A DNA stretch of 64,000 nt from Octopus vulgaris (lineage: Eukaryota), in the NCBI GenBank assembly GCA_951406725.2, contig OX597825.1, forward strand, positions 16,616,001-16,680,000. The letters are read 5' to 3'. Positions 51,507 through 63,298 of this stretch are shown in pieces. Position numbers and translations under genes: made by a program. The stretch's first letter is position 1; the number at the start of each line of letters is the position of its first letter. The notes beneath the pieces were generated by a model, which saw nothing but the letters and a program-made list of their open reading frames with translations, did no database searches and was not told the origin of the DNA.

Positions 51507-53260
51507 TATATACTAAATTAATAGTGCTGACTAAATGCAGATTAATTAAAATATTAAATTATTTTTCAAAATATATTTCTTGCCGGATGATTTCCAATAT
51601 AAAGATTTAACGTGTTAGAGCCTTTTCTGTGTCTTTCAATAGTATTATCCTATATCTAATTCTATGATCACGATTACAGAACGCCTTCATAAATATATAG
51701 ACGGGAACATTTAAGGATTAGACATAGAATATGAAATCATGAAGGATATATCAAGCGCTTCGTTATCTTTTAATGGTCTTAAGATAAATCATAACGTTTG
51801 TTTATAACAAAGCTTCCTGGGTTGCTTGTACTGCATGTTTCGTAATCCAACAGTTTTCAAGTTGGTGAATACTCAATAATAATTAAGTTTTAATTAAATA
51901 CATTCGTAAACTATAACTAAAATATAATAGTTTTATGTTCAATCAATGATGTAACGATACGCTTAGAACCAATTCCGCAATGTGATAACTTACATTTTTT
52001 ATTGAACCGGGATGGAAATTTAAATTTTTATGCATAATCTTAAAACATCATATTCTTATGTTTCTAAATTTGTAAGCAGCACTTCCAACAGAAGAATTAT
52101 AGAATATAGTTCAGAAAGGAAATAATAGTTCATTGATTGATTCCTTCCTTCCTTCCTTCCTTCCTCCCTCCCTCCCCCATTCATTCTGTGTTTTTTTTTT
52201 TTTGCTTTCCGCTCCCTCCATGCATCTAGTAAAATCTATTAATAAAAATAGAGTAAGAGTTATGCTGCTCTTATTTCAAGAATGTGATGCCGTTTCATTT
52301 CTGAAATTAAAATTTATTTGCGTCACTTGTGGAGATATAGAAAAGATATATTCGTTACATTCCCAATGCCTTTCCATTCCTTGATATATGAAGCATACAT
52401 GCGTACTCTAAAGAATTGATACGAATATGTCATGTTCTTTAACGAACATATAAATGTATTTCTTTACAGGTGGTGAACGGCTTAAAAAAATGAAAAAAAT
52501 GGTATGTAAAAAATAGTAACATCATAATTAAATTATTGAATTTGATAATTATTGTGTCGAATCAGAAAGAAAATATTTGCAGCTGTGTTAGGTGATAAAA
52601 ACTTTGCTGACATCCATTATATTTGATACAGATTGTATTTGCAATGTGCGCATAACCTGGTTGATTTCCTTTTCAGAAAACCTCGACTTATCTGGATTGT
52701 CACTGAGGCATTCACTCACAAGCTAAATGCATCAATTATTATTGGTAAAAATGGAAATTTATAAACTGGCTATAGAACTTGGAAGCACCGAAGCAGTTGT
52801 CCGTAATTATCCGTGATTTTTTAAATATATATTCATGTCAGCAGGGCAGCCTGTATTTATGTATATCTGCGTGTCGTGTACGTATGTGTGTATTACAAAC
52901 AGGTATGTATCTATGCATGTGAAATATGTAAGAAAAATATGCAAACTTCTAGAACTGACATAATGGAAGTTAAATTCAATACATTTCAGTTTATTTTCCT
53001 TTCCTTTTACAGCGTAAGTCTATCGCCTAAAGCTTGTAAGAAATAACGCTGGTATTGGCGGGATTCCCCTTCACAGTAAAAGTGAAAGTAAATGAATCAT
53101 TTAATGCTTGACTGACTAAAACTGCTTATGTTTACATGTCTCTGCACTAAGTCTGTGTTGCTCTCGTATATAAGAAAAGAATCATCTTCCCACTCATTCA
53201 AGGGGCCACTAACAGAGGGTCTTAGTAGTGAATAGTCATCATGGATGATAAATATCTTAT

Positions 53261-53428
53261 AGGCGCAGGAGTGGCTGTGTGGTAAGTAGCTTGATTACCA
53301 ACCACATGGTTCCGGGTTCAGTCCCACTGCATGGCATCTTGGGCAAGTGTCTTCTACTGTAGTATAGCCTCGGGCCGACCAAAATCTTGTGAATGGATTT
53401 GGTAGGCGGAAACTGGAAGAAGCCCGTC

Positions 53429-53516
<88 letters not shown>

Positions 53517-53692
53517 TTGTCACCCTAGCATTGCTTAACAACCGATGCAGGTGTTTATGTCCCCGTCACTTAGCGGTTCGACAAAAGAGATCGATAGAAT
53601 AAGTACTAGGCTTACAAAGAATAAGTCCTGGGGTCGATTTGCTCGACTAAAGGCGGTGCTCCAGCATGGCCGCATTCAAAGTAAAGAGAGTA
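53261..53692 (+). mobile_element. SINE family A, full length
   Basis: Colinear with 9544-9980; long internal (TA)n(TG)n. Confidence 0.95.
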
Positions 53693-54114
53693 TATATATA
53701 TACACATTTTGTTTGTATGGATATAGATGAAATTCATTAATTCCCATTTATATTTATCAATATCTTTACACACACTCATACGCATACACACATGCATACA
53801 CACAGGCACACACACAGATGCACACATACACATACACGCATATATTAGCCTGGTTCCATCTAATTTCCAATTACTAAGGGGACACTCGTGATGAATAGAT
53901 GCCTTCATTATACATATTAAAATGTACCTTTGGAGGTTTATGAATGTCTAATCGCCCCACGTAGTCGCACACACACACACACCAGCCTACACACACTACC
54001 ACCCTCCCACATACACCAGCCTACACACACACCCACCCTCCCACACACATCCATACACCCACCCACACACCCACCCACACTTATATATAGAAACCCCTAT
54101 GCCCGCACACACGC

Positions 54115-54162
<48 letters not shown>

Positions 54163-54290
54163 ACGGGGGATAAAATTAATTTCTTTTTGCCCGGGAATCT
54201 CTCTTTTTAAAGTAGAGGAAATACCTAAGGTTCTCTGGCTGCTATTTCTAATCTTCGGTATGTTGTAAAGCAAATCTTTGCTGAGCCCTA

Positions 54291-54348
<58 letters not shown>

Positions 54349-54364
54349 TGTATGTATAAATATA

Positions 54365-54401
<37 letters not shown>

Positions 54402-55384
54402 CATTGAAAATCAACAGGAGACTTAAGGCAATATGTTACTATACTCTGATGGATGATTTTAATGAAAAACAAAACACAAGAAAATGCAACTCTTAAGATG
54501 TAGACTGTGAAGAAAGTTCATCTATATATCTCAACTGACAAGTTATAACTCATTTAATCAGTCCATTTATGTAAGAGCTCTGAGAGAAAAAAAATGAACT
54601 GTTTATGTAAATTTATTGCAAGAATAGGTTTCTCTTGGGAATAAAATAGATCGATAACTTTTGAGAATTTTGTTGGAGAATATTTGAGAGCGATATAAAA
54701 AGAAAGTTTACTATGAAAGTGATCTCATTATAAGGTCAGACAATTTTTACAAAAGAAATAATCAGCGAATTCCATTTTTGACGTATTTAATATTTGGAAA
54801 CATCTAGATTGTATCTGGTATTTGTAATTGGATTATATAAGAAGCATAATAAATGAATTATATTCGGTTTTGTCTTCATTAGAATATTCTTGAGACACAC
54901 ACGTTGACCAAATTACTTTTTTGGTTTTATTTAATAAATTCAAGATTAGGAAAATATTTATATGTTGCATCTACCACATTGAATAATTACTGAAACAATG
55001 TAACGTGTTTCTGTCTGTTAACCGAGGGATTTACATTAAATCTTTCTATTTATAAACGAAACTAATTTTTCTGTCACTTTTGTTTTTGTCATTTGTACGT
55101 TTATGTTACAGCAAGATGTTGTTTAATTTAGATTATTCTGGCTATTAAAACATTATGCGGTTCAGAAAATCTTCTCTTTTTGGACATTTCTTTATAATAT
55201 ATTGCTGAATATTTGTTTTTTAACCTACGAACAAGGTCATACGCTTTGTGGTGATTAAACTATCGAATATATCAACTCTATTACATAAAGGCTACTTCAG
55301 ATACTCCCCTCCTACCGCCCCAGAATGACGGAGAGGTAAAGACGACCACATCAGGTCTTATACTCTGAACATGAAATGGATATA

Positions 55385-55600
55385 TGGCTTCGGGTTAAGT
55401 CTCGTTGCGCAGTAAGTACCTTCTAATGTAACCCCGGACCTACAATGCCTTATGAAGTAGGCGGAAACTAAATAGAAACCTGTCATATATATATATATAT
55501 ACATTCGTGTGTGTGTGTTTGTCGTACCACACTGCTTGACAACTAGTGCTGGCTTCTTTACCTTCATGTAATCTAGTGGTTCGGTATCAATGACCGAGAG
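55385..55600 (+). mobile_element. SINE family A, highly degenerate
   Basis: atggcttcgggtt..ccccggacc..aatgccttatgaag..ggaaacta..tatatata..gcttgacaactagtgctgg..ctagtggttcgg. Confidence 0.6.
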
Positions 55601-55630
55601 GATATCAGACTTTAAACAATTCTTAAGTTG

Positions 55631-55765
55631 ACTTAATTAATTAAACCCCAAAAGGATGAAAGGCAAAGTCGACCTCGGCGGAATTTGAACTCAGAACGTA
55701 ACGGCAGACGAAACACCGCTAAGAATTTCGCCTAGCGTGCTAATGCTTTTACCAGCTCGCCGCCT
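55631..55765 (-). mobile_element. SINE family B, 5' portion
   Basis: Minus strand AGGCGGCGAGCTGG...CTTAGCGGTGTTTCGTCTGCCGTTACGTTCTGAGTTCAAATTCCGCCGAGGTCGACTTTGCCTTTCATCCTTT. Confidence 0.88.
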
Positions 55766-56629
55766 ATCGGTGTATAGTATTACAACAATAGCGTGTAGCA
55801 TAGTAATGACATTTGTATTGTAGTGTTGTAACTATCTGCCTATGATATTTGCTATGATTTTGTATTTGCTCGATAGATTTTACATCCTCGCAAATATAGA
55901 TTTAGTTCTTTAGTTTGCTGTGGAAACTATAAAATTGGATAGAAGTGTTGTTTGAGAACCAAGATAAAAAGCAACACTTTTAGATAAATACAGTAGCGGA
56001 GTTTAAAAACATAGGTTGGAAAGTAGCGGCCTCATAGCCATATGTACTGTACTTTAGTATATCATATGGTACATGGCATTTATTACGCCGAGTTATTTCA
56101 CGTAAGTGACAACTGAAATAGGAAAAGTTTAGCTTATTCAGTACAATACGCATCAAACTGATAAGAAATGCGAAATAGTGTGGGAAAAATTTTATCCGTG
56201 TAAACTCCATGTTTGGAGTTTATACGGACAAAATGGTGTTTAGCGTACTACGAGACCTTTTTGTTATTATTCGAGTTCTTTAGCTCCATATTATTCAATA
56301 GAAAAGATGTAGGGCACATTGAAAACACTTTACTCTTTTCAAACCGTATATTTAGAATTGTATTATCCAACTCATCATTCTCTTCTCTTTTCAGACCGCA
56401 GAGAGTTTTGTGATGGAAATTCACTTCCTATTTCTAGTAAATAGAGCGATCAGCTACAGGCAGAAGCTTTTTTATTGTATCTTTGGAATAAATGTAGCGA
56501 TCGACCTGAAAAATAAAGAACACGCATGCACATAAAAGTGTGGAGTTTTGAGATTTGTGGTACTAGGTTAAATCGTTCGAGTAGTTGCCATGTGCAACAA
56601 GATAATCTAGATTAATAATGAGGTGAAAG

Positions 56630-56835
56630 CGCGTGAGAGAATGCGAGGGAGAGAGAGAGAGAGAAGGAGACAGAGAGAGTGAGAGAGAAAGAGAAAGTGA
56701 AAGTAAGAGGAAGGAGGGAGGTGGGTATGATGAGGTGGGGGTGAGAGAGAAGGAGAGAGATAAAGATACAGGCAAAAGACAAAGAGAGAAGTTTAGAAGG
56801 AAAGAGAGAAAGGGAGAGAAAGAGCGCGAAGACAA
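56630..56835. repeat. Purine-rich (GA)n-type low-complexity tract
   Basis: Directly visible. Confidence 0.85.
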
Positions 56836-57446
56836 AGTACAAAGGAACCGATAAAGATTTTACATTTTAAATAAGATATATTTTATCGATCTGGTGGAGA
56901 GTTTTCTTCCAGTTAAAGTCAAGAAGCCCATTAATCAGAACAGATGTAACAGCTTATGCCTAGAATTTGATAGCCATTAACTACTAAAATATAGTTTCAC
57001 TGTAAATAAAAGTGCAACTCTTTTTGAGACAGACTTGAAAATATGGTCTTAGAACATAGAAAACCATGAGTTTTATAACGCATATTGATATTGTTAGAAT
57101 TATTTATTTCTGATTAAGGCGTATGTTCATGTGAATATATGTACGCGTGTCTGATGGTGGATGCGATCCGGTTCTCTGAAAAAACAACTTTTGCGTTTTG
57201 GATATCAATAAAATTTAAAACAGTTTGTTATACTTTAATGGAATCTATGGTGAAAGAGTTAATTCTAGGAAATGCAGAATTCTGAGACACTGTCGGATAT
57301 TAACAATGGATATTTAATGAATGAAGTATGGATTAGGATAAAACGTGAGATCGTTTTATCCTAATCCATATGGCATAAAGAATTTCGTTAAATTAAAGTC
57401 TGTGTAACTTTAACCTTTTCATATGTATAAATATTTACATTTTTTT

Positions 57447-57932
57447 AAATACTGATAGGGCACAGAAAGTGCGTCAATAGCCAGCTGGAGGAGGTGTCCT
57501 CCAGGGACTACAAGCTACAGTAGCATTCACCCTTAAGGGTTAGCCACATTTAAGTGACAAATATACTTCACGATGTGTTGCAGCTACTGTTTATATCTCG
57601 TTCAGAGATTCATTATTGCTTGTTTACACTTTTTCAATATCAGTGACTTTTCGTCACTGGAAAAAGTATATATATATTTGCAAGGGGAATCCACTTTTCT
57701 TCGGCAATCAGTGATTGTCACACGCTGATGACGGGCCAATACCCAGAAACTCGAATCCGTGTGTATCGTGTCAGATTGAAGATGGGAAGAATGGCTTCCC
57801 TTTGCAAATACTGATAGGGCACAGAAAGTCTGTTATAGCCAGCTGGGGGAGGTGTCCTCATGGGGCTACAAGCTACAGTAGCATCCACCCTTAAGGGTTA
57901 GCAACATTTAAGTGACAGATATACTTCACGAT
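57447..57932 (+). mobile_element. Hammerhead-containing non-coding retroelement (retrozyme-like or non-autonomous Penelope-type): 359-nt unit plus 127-nt terminal redundancy
   Basis: Direct repeats 57447-57574 and 57806-57932 (about 11 differences by eye); probable TSD ACATTTTTTT (57437-57446) / ACATTTATTT (57933-57942); internal hammerhead; no ORF. Confidence 0.75.
57719..57763 (+). ncRNA. Type I hammerhead ribozyme
   Basis: Stem I CACACG (57719-57724) / CGTGTG (57758-57763); core CTGATGA (57725-57731); stem II cGGG-CCAATA-CCCa; GAAA (57746-57749); short near-palindromic stem III ACTCGA(A)T; cleavage triplet ATC, predicted cut after 57757. Confidence 0.82.
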
Positions 57933-58283
57933 ACATTTATTTTGTTTTCCATATATTTAATACACCGTATATATTGATCTAATTTGCTTATCCCTACATC
58001 TACCTCTATATCCCTACATCTACCTCTCTTGAGCACGTTTAAGTGTATTCTATACGAAGAATATTTGGATCTCATCTATGAACTATTTAAAAGTTCTCAT
58101 ATATAAAAATGAGGTTAATATTTCAAAATATATAATCACATTGGCAATCAATAACTCTCCAGACATCTTAACATTTAACTAGTTTTTAGTTAAAACGCCT
58201 CCAATAAATTTTAATACGTTACGGCTAATGGAAAACATTGCATTTTGCTGGTGAAAAGCATAATTGATTATATCATATTTACT

Positions 58284-58712
58284 GGATCTTTTCGGTTTGA
58301 ACGGCAGTTTTTTTCTAGCGGTGTCATATGAATGTGTCACCCATAATTATGACCCTAGTATCGATCTTTTGCATTTTAATCTGTTTTAGGGTTAGGGTTA
58401 GAGTTAGGGTTAGTTAGGGGTGAGGGAAGGGTATCCTTTTTTCAGAAATGTAAATAAACCCAATCTGTTTCTTAAACGAGGGACATATTCATACAGCACA
58501 GAATGTTTTCACCTCAATAGACGTCATTGATTGGTCGAAATTGCAGAAATTGAAAAAAAAACAACAACAAATATCTTACAAACTATAGAATTTTCTCAAT
58601 AAAGCCAAGAGAAAAAGATGTTTTATAAACACATTCTACCAGTATACGAAGTTTAAAAGTGTTTAGTTACGTGGAAATTATGTTAAAACTGCCGTTCAAA
58701 CCGAAAAGATCC
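58284..58712. mobile_element. 429-bp MITE, Merlin-like, containing TTAGGG repeats
   Basis: Perfect 28-bp TIRs GGATCTTTTCGGTTTGAACGGCAGTTTT (58284-58311 / 58685-58712); 8-bp TSD TATTTACT / TATTCACT (one mismatch); TTAGGG-type units at 58386-58420. Confidence 0.88.
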
Positions 58713-59167
58713 TATTCACTTGTTTCATAATTGATATCATTAATAATCCCACACGGCAACAGGGAAACAAGAACACGGAACAGGATTTTTGGAATAACGG
58801 TGAGGGTCTATAGCACATTTTAAGTAATAATTTTTTTGTTTTACGATTATTTGATTTAGCAAAATCTGTGTTAGAATCACGAACTTTAAAAGTATTAAGG
58901 AATGAACGACATTACTTGAATAAGATATTTGTTGAATCTGCATTTGCTATCGGAAAATAAAAATGTCGGCGTTTTAAGATCAGTCACAGCTGAATTCGAC
59001 TTTACTACCATAACAAAAGTTTGAAAGAAATGTTAACTTTGTAAAAGATAACTTTAGGCATATGTAGCAGTAGCGTCGGAAATATATAAGCAAAAGAGAT
59101 TATTTTGATGTTGGAAACTTGAGTCATATTTTACATCAGGATAATTCTTACAGGAAATATAGAGATA

Positions 59168-59300
59168 AGCGCAGCCGTGGCTGTGTATTAAGAAATTCAC
59201 TTCCTAACCACATAGTTCCGTGTCCAATGCGACTGCGTGGCACATTTGGGAAGTGCCTTGTGAGTGGATTTTATAGACGGAAACTGAGAGAAGCCCGTCG
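59168..59300 (+). mobile_element. SINE family A, 5' half ending in an expanded (TA)n/(CA)n microsatellite
   Basis: gcgcagccgtggctgtgt..ccacatagttccg..actgcgtggcac..gccttgtgagtggattttatagacggaaactgagagaagcccgtcg. Confidence 0.8.
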
Positions 59301-59307
59301 CGTGCAC

Positions 59308-59338
<31 letters not shown>

Positions 59339-59480
59339 CAAATATATAATTAAAATATGCACACGTGTATGTACACACACACACACAAACACACACACAC
59401 GCACACACACACAAACACACACATACACACACACACGCACACACACAAACACACACACACACACGAACGCACGCACACAA

Positions 59481-59535
<55 letters not shown>

Positions 59536-59714
59536 ATTGGATGGCCATATAGCGGTACATAAGCTGACTCAGGAAATCTCTAGTAAGGCTTTTTATTGAT
59601 GTAACCAGATTGACCCACAACGAGTCGAAACGTGTCATACCCATTAAATATTTTACTCATTCCATCTATTTCATTAATACTATTACCCCAACCACCACTA
59701 AGTTCCTGAGAAGA

Positions 59715-59921
59715 GACGGTGAGCTGGCAGAATCGGTAGCTCACCGGGCAAAATGCTTAGCATCATTTCGTCCATTTTCCCTCCTGAGTTGAAATTCCGC
59801 TGAGATCAACTTCATTCTTTCGAGATCGATAAATTAAGTACCAGTTGAGCACTGGAATCGATGTAATCGATTACTCCCACCTAACAAAATTGCTAGCTTT
59901 GTGTCAAAATTTGAAACAAAT
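59715..59921 (+). mobile_element. SINE family B, near full length
   Basis: gacggtgagctggcagaatcgg..aaatgcttag..gaaattccgctgagatcaac..gatcgataaattaagtaccagttgagcactgg..cgatgtaatcga. Confidence 0.85.
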
Positions 59922-60784
59922 ATGTGAAAAGAGGGAGTTAGGTAAGGAGGACGCGGTAAGGAACGGGAGGAGGAAAAACTGATCAAAAACTGGTCAAAGG
60001 GAAGCATAAATAAAAGAAAATCAACAGAATTGGAACTCATAAGATTAAACCTACGAGAGGAGAGAGGAAAGCAATTCTAATTCGGTTGTCTTCTCGTTTC
60101 TGCAATTCTGCCAACAACGTTCTCAATTTCCTATAAATATGAAAACTTTTCCGATTGCAATCATCCCACCCCGATCAGGTGACATTGAAATTTCACAGCA
60201 TAATATCTTAATACACTTAGAAAAAATTTTTTTTAAATATTATTGTTTAACCATAATACCAATGCTAAAAACATTGAAATGGTGTGATTAATGAAGAATA
60301 AAAACATCTTACTTATTAAATCACAAAATATCACAAATGCAGTTTTTTTTGTTATTATCGCACATACATACAACCACTAACGAAAAATATATATAAAAAT
60401 CGATGAGAAACGCCAATAAAAACAAAATGCTTTCCTTCTTACAAGCAAACCTATAATTGAAGCTAACAAAATTACATTATTACAATTTCAATATAAAATT
60501 CTTTCGCCGTAAAATTGTCCTCACTCTACAAATGTTTTATAGCAAATGCAACAAGAAAATAATATTTCTTTCCAGTTGTAGTTTACCATTCCCTTCCACT
60601 TAAACAATATTCTGATTTTTCTTTTCTTTATATATATATATATATTTTTTTTATCTTCATGTTATCGCTTACCAAAACCTTCAGTCAGTTATTCAGAACA
60701 TGGTAATGTAATTTCTATGAGTAAATATCTTCAATGTATATAGTTTAACAGTATTATCTTAATGTCTCCTAAAAATCATTAACA

Positions 60785-60893
60785 TCACACATGTACACAT
60801 ACACTTAGAAATATTCACACAAACACGCACACTCATATCCACACACTTCATGTATATATATATATATGCATGTATGGTACGTATGTATGCATG

Positions 60894-60942
<49 letters not shown>

Positions 60943-61030
60943 ATATGAATATATATATATATATGTATGTATGGTAAGTATGTATGTATGTATGTATGTA
61001 TGTATGTATGTATGTATGTATGTATGTATG

Positions 61031-61066
<36 letters not shown>

Positions 61067-61114
61067 ATATGAATATATATATATATATGTATGTATGGTA
61101 CGTATGTATGCATG

Positions 61115-61178
<64 letters not shown>

Positions 61179-61205
61179 TATATATATATATATATATATA
61201 TATGC
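60785..61205. repeat. Compound (TA)n/(TATG)n microsatellite with a duplicated higher-order block
   Basis: atgtatggtacgtatgtatgcatgtatg occurs at about 60870 and 61091. Confidence 0.9.
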
Positions 61206-63139
61206 ATAAACTGTATTGAAATGTTGGATTAAACATTGATTTCACACACGTACATAAACGTGTGCATGTGTGTGTATGTGTGTCTACATAGGTGTACGCA
61301 TGAGTGTATATGCACAATAAACAAACATGGACTCACACGTACACTCTCGTACACATAACCGAATGGACACCCCACACACACACGTGCGTGTGCATACACA
61401 CATACACACGAAACTGTATAATATTTAACAATTACCTTACGAAAACATAAAAATACACAGCTATCATTTGCAATGTATGCGAATGAAAATAAAAGTAAAG
61501 CCTCTGGCACAGAAGTTTACAGATCAATGCTGCAGATAGTTTGGACAAATAGAGTGATGAAAATAGAATCAATAACACACAGTTAGTTTTGCAAAGTTCA
61601 CTGCTGGGGGTTGGCGAAAGTGCTAGCTTTACTGACAGCACGATGTTAGGCAGCGGAAGTTGGTGTGTGGAACAAGGAAAACATTGCGAACGAATAAAGC
61701 GTATCAGAAATGGAAAAAGTCTGAGATTAAAATCAATCTGAAAGACTTAATATTTAGTCTGGAGCACGGATTAATATTGGTGGAATTCATAACTTGGTTA
61801 ATTCAATGTTGCACGGATAAACAGGTGGTAATGTAGACGCATAACAAAAACAAAAACGAAAACAAAAGCAAAAACAAACATAAATCAATAATGTCTGCTT
61901 TACATATACTAAGGAAGAATTTACTAAAACGCCTACTAACGTAGAACAATTCTACATCCTTTACCAACCAAGGCTTTTATTCGCAACGTATACTGGAACA
62001 TATAAATTACTAGTTGCTAGTTGATAAAGTTATATCACCACCTATATCGTTTGATGAAATTTCGATTAGTTCTATGGCATTAACGATTATTAAAATCGCT
62101 GCCTATTCAGCTTACAACGTTTCTGATTTCATCGACAATCTATTAATTATCATTAATTATCAGCAATAGCGAAGACGAGACGAGCCTAGCACAATAAATG
62201 TTTCCTTCTAACATTTCTTTCTTATTCACGTGTGGGTATGATTATTTCCTTCAAGTTTCTTACCACCTCTCACACTTTGGCACTTGCAGATATTTGGGAT
62301 ATATTTATCTTTCTTAAGTATTAGCCAAATATTTTTAAAGGGAAAGTCTAGATCTAGTTGATTCATACAAGTCCTCTTATATTACTGGTGGTAATTATTT
62401 AAAGAAAAATCAGCCCCCTCTGATTGAGATTTAACATATAATGCGAGTTATGATATGCGGTTCTTCTTCTGAAAGCATCGCATATAATATTGATTTCTCA
62501 TACTGTAAGAATGCCATAAATTATGCAGGAATATAATCTCTTTTAATGTTCAGGGAATGCTACTGGTATTAATTCTTTCGATGCAAAAGTAAAGAGAAAT
62601 GGTTTTCAGCCAGGAACACTCAGAATTTAAAAGGATTTAATGGAATACTACACGAGTTTTTGTTTGGTAAAATTTGGAAATTTTCTAAGTGTTGCTTTAT
62701 AAAGGGTGGCACTATTACGGAATCATGAGAAATAAAGCAAAATCTCATAAATATGCTTGAAAAAGAATCAATATTCTATAAAATCTAGTGTACTCGATAT
62801 TCCATTGGCTTAAATTTGTCAAACGTGTGGACTGATAACTTTTTTAGTTCATGGAATTTTGGAAACTGTATTATAAGGTCTCCCAAAGCATTCATACACA
62901 CACACACACATGACTGCTTCTAATACAAGTAGGTAGGTGTCCTTTAATGAGGAGCTGTAAGTGTAAGGAATGAAATGGTGTAGGATAAATTGCCACAAAA
63001 TTGAAAATTCTAGTTTGCATTTTCATCAATGAAAATAGAATGACCTAGAATTTCACTAATAATTTATAGTGCTTATTGTGCGAGAACCACTTATATGTGG
63101 CGTATGGAAACAATCACATGAAAATATTCTCACTTAAAG

Positions 63140-63298
63140 AAAGAATTCACACGTCTATTAATCTTGGCAAGTGGCTGAGCATTCCACAGACCCATTTACT
63201 TCTAACATAGCTTTCAGGGAGATTCAGCATGACACAGAATATGGCAAGGCTGGCCCTTTGAATTAATGGTAGAGTTCATTTTTGCAACCTGAGTGAAT
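63140..63298 (-). mobile_element. Fragment of a further (CORE-type) SINE family
   Basis: Minus strand cactcaggttgcaaaaatga..ttcaaagggccagccttg..gctgaatctccctga..ctgtggaatgctcagccacttg, recalled as a cephalopod SINE body; single copy in this window. Confidence 0.45.

Noticed and set aside
58386-58420. Chromosome end or telomere-fusion scar
   Set aside because: Only a few units, single orientation, enclosed within MITE TIRs.
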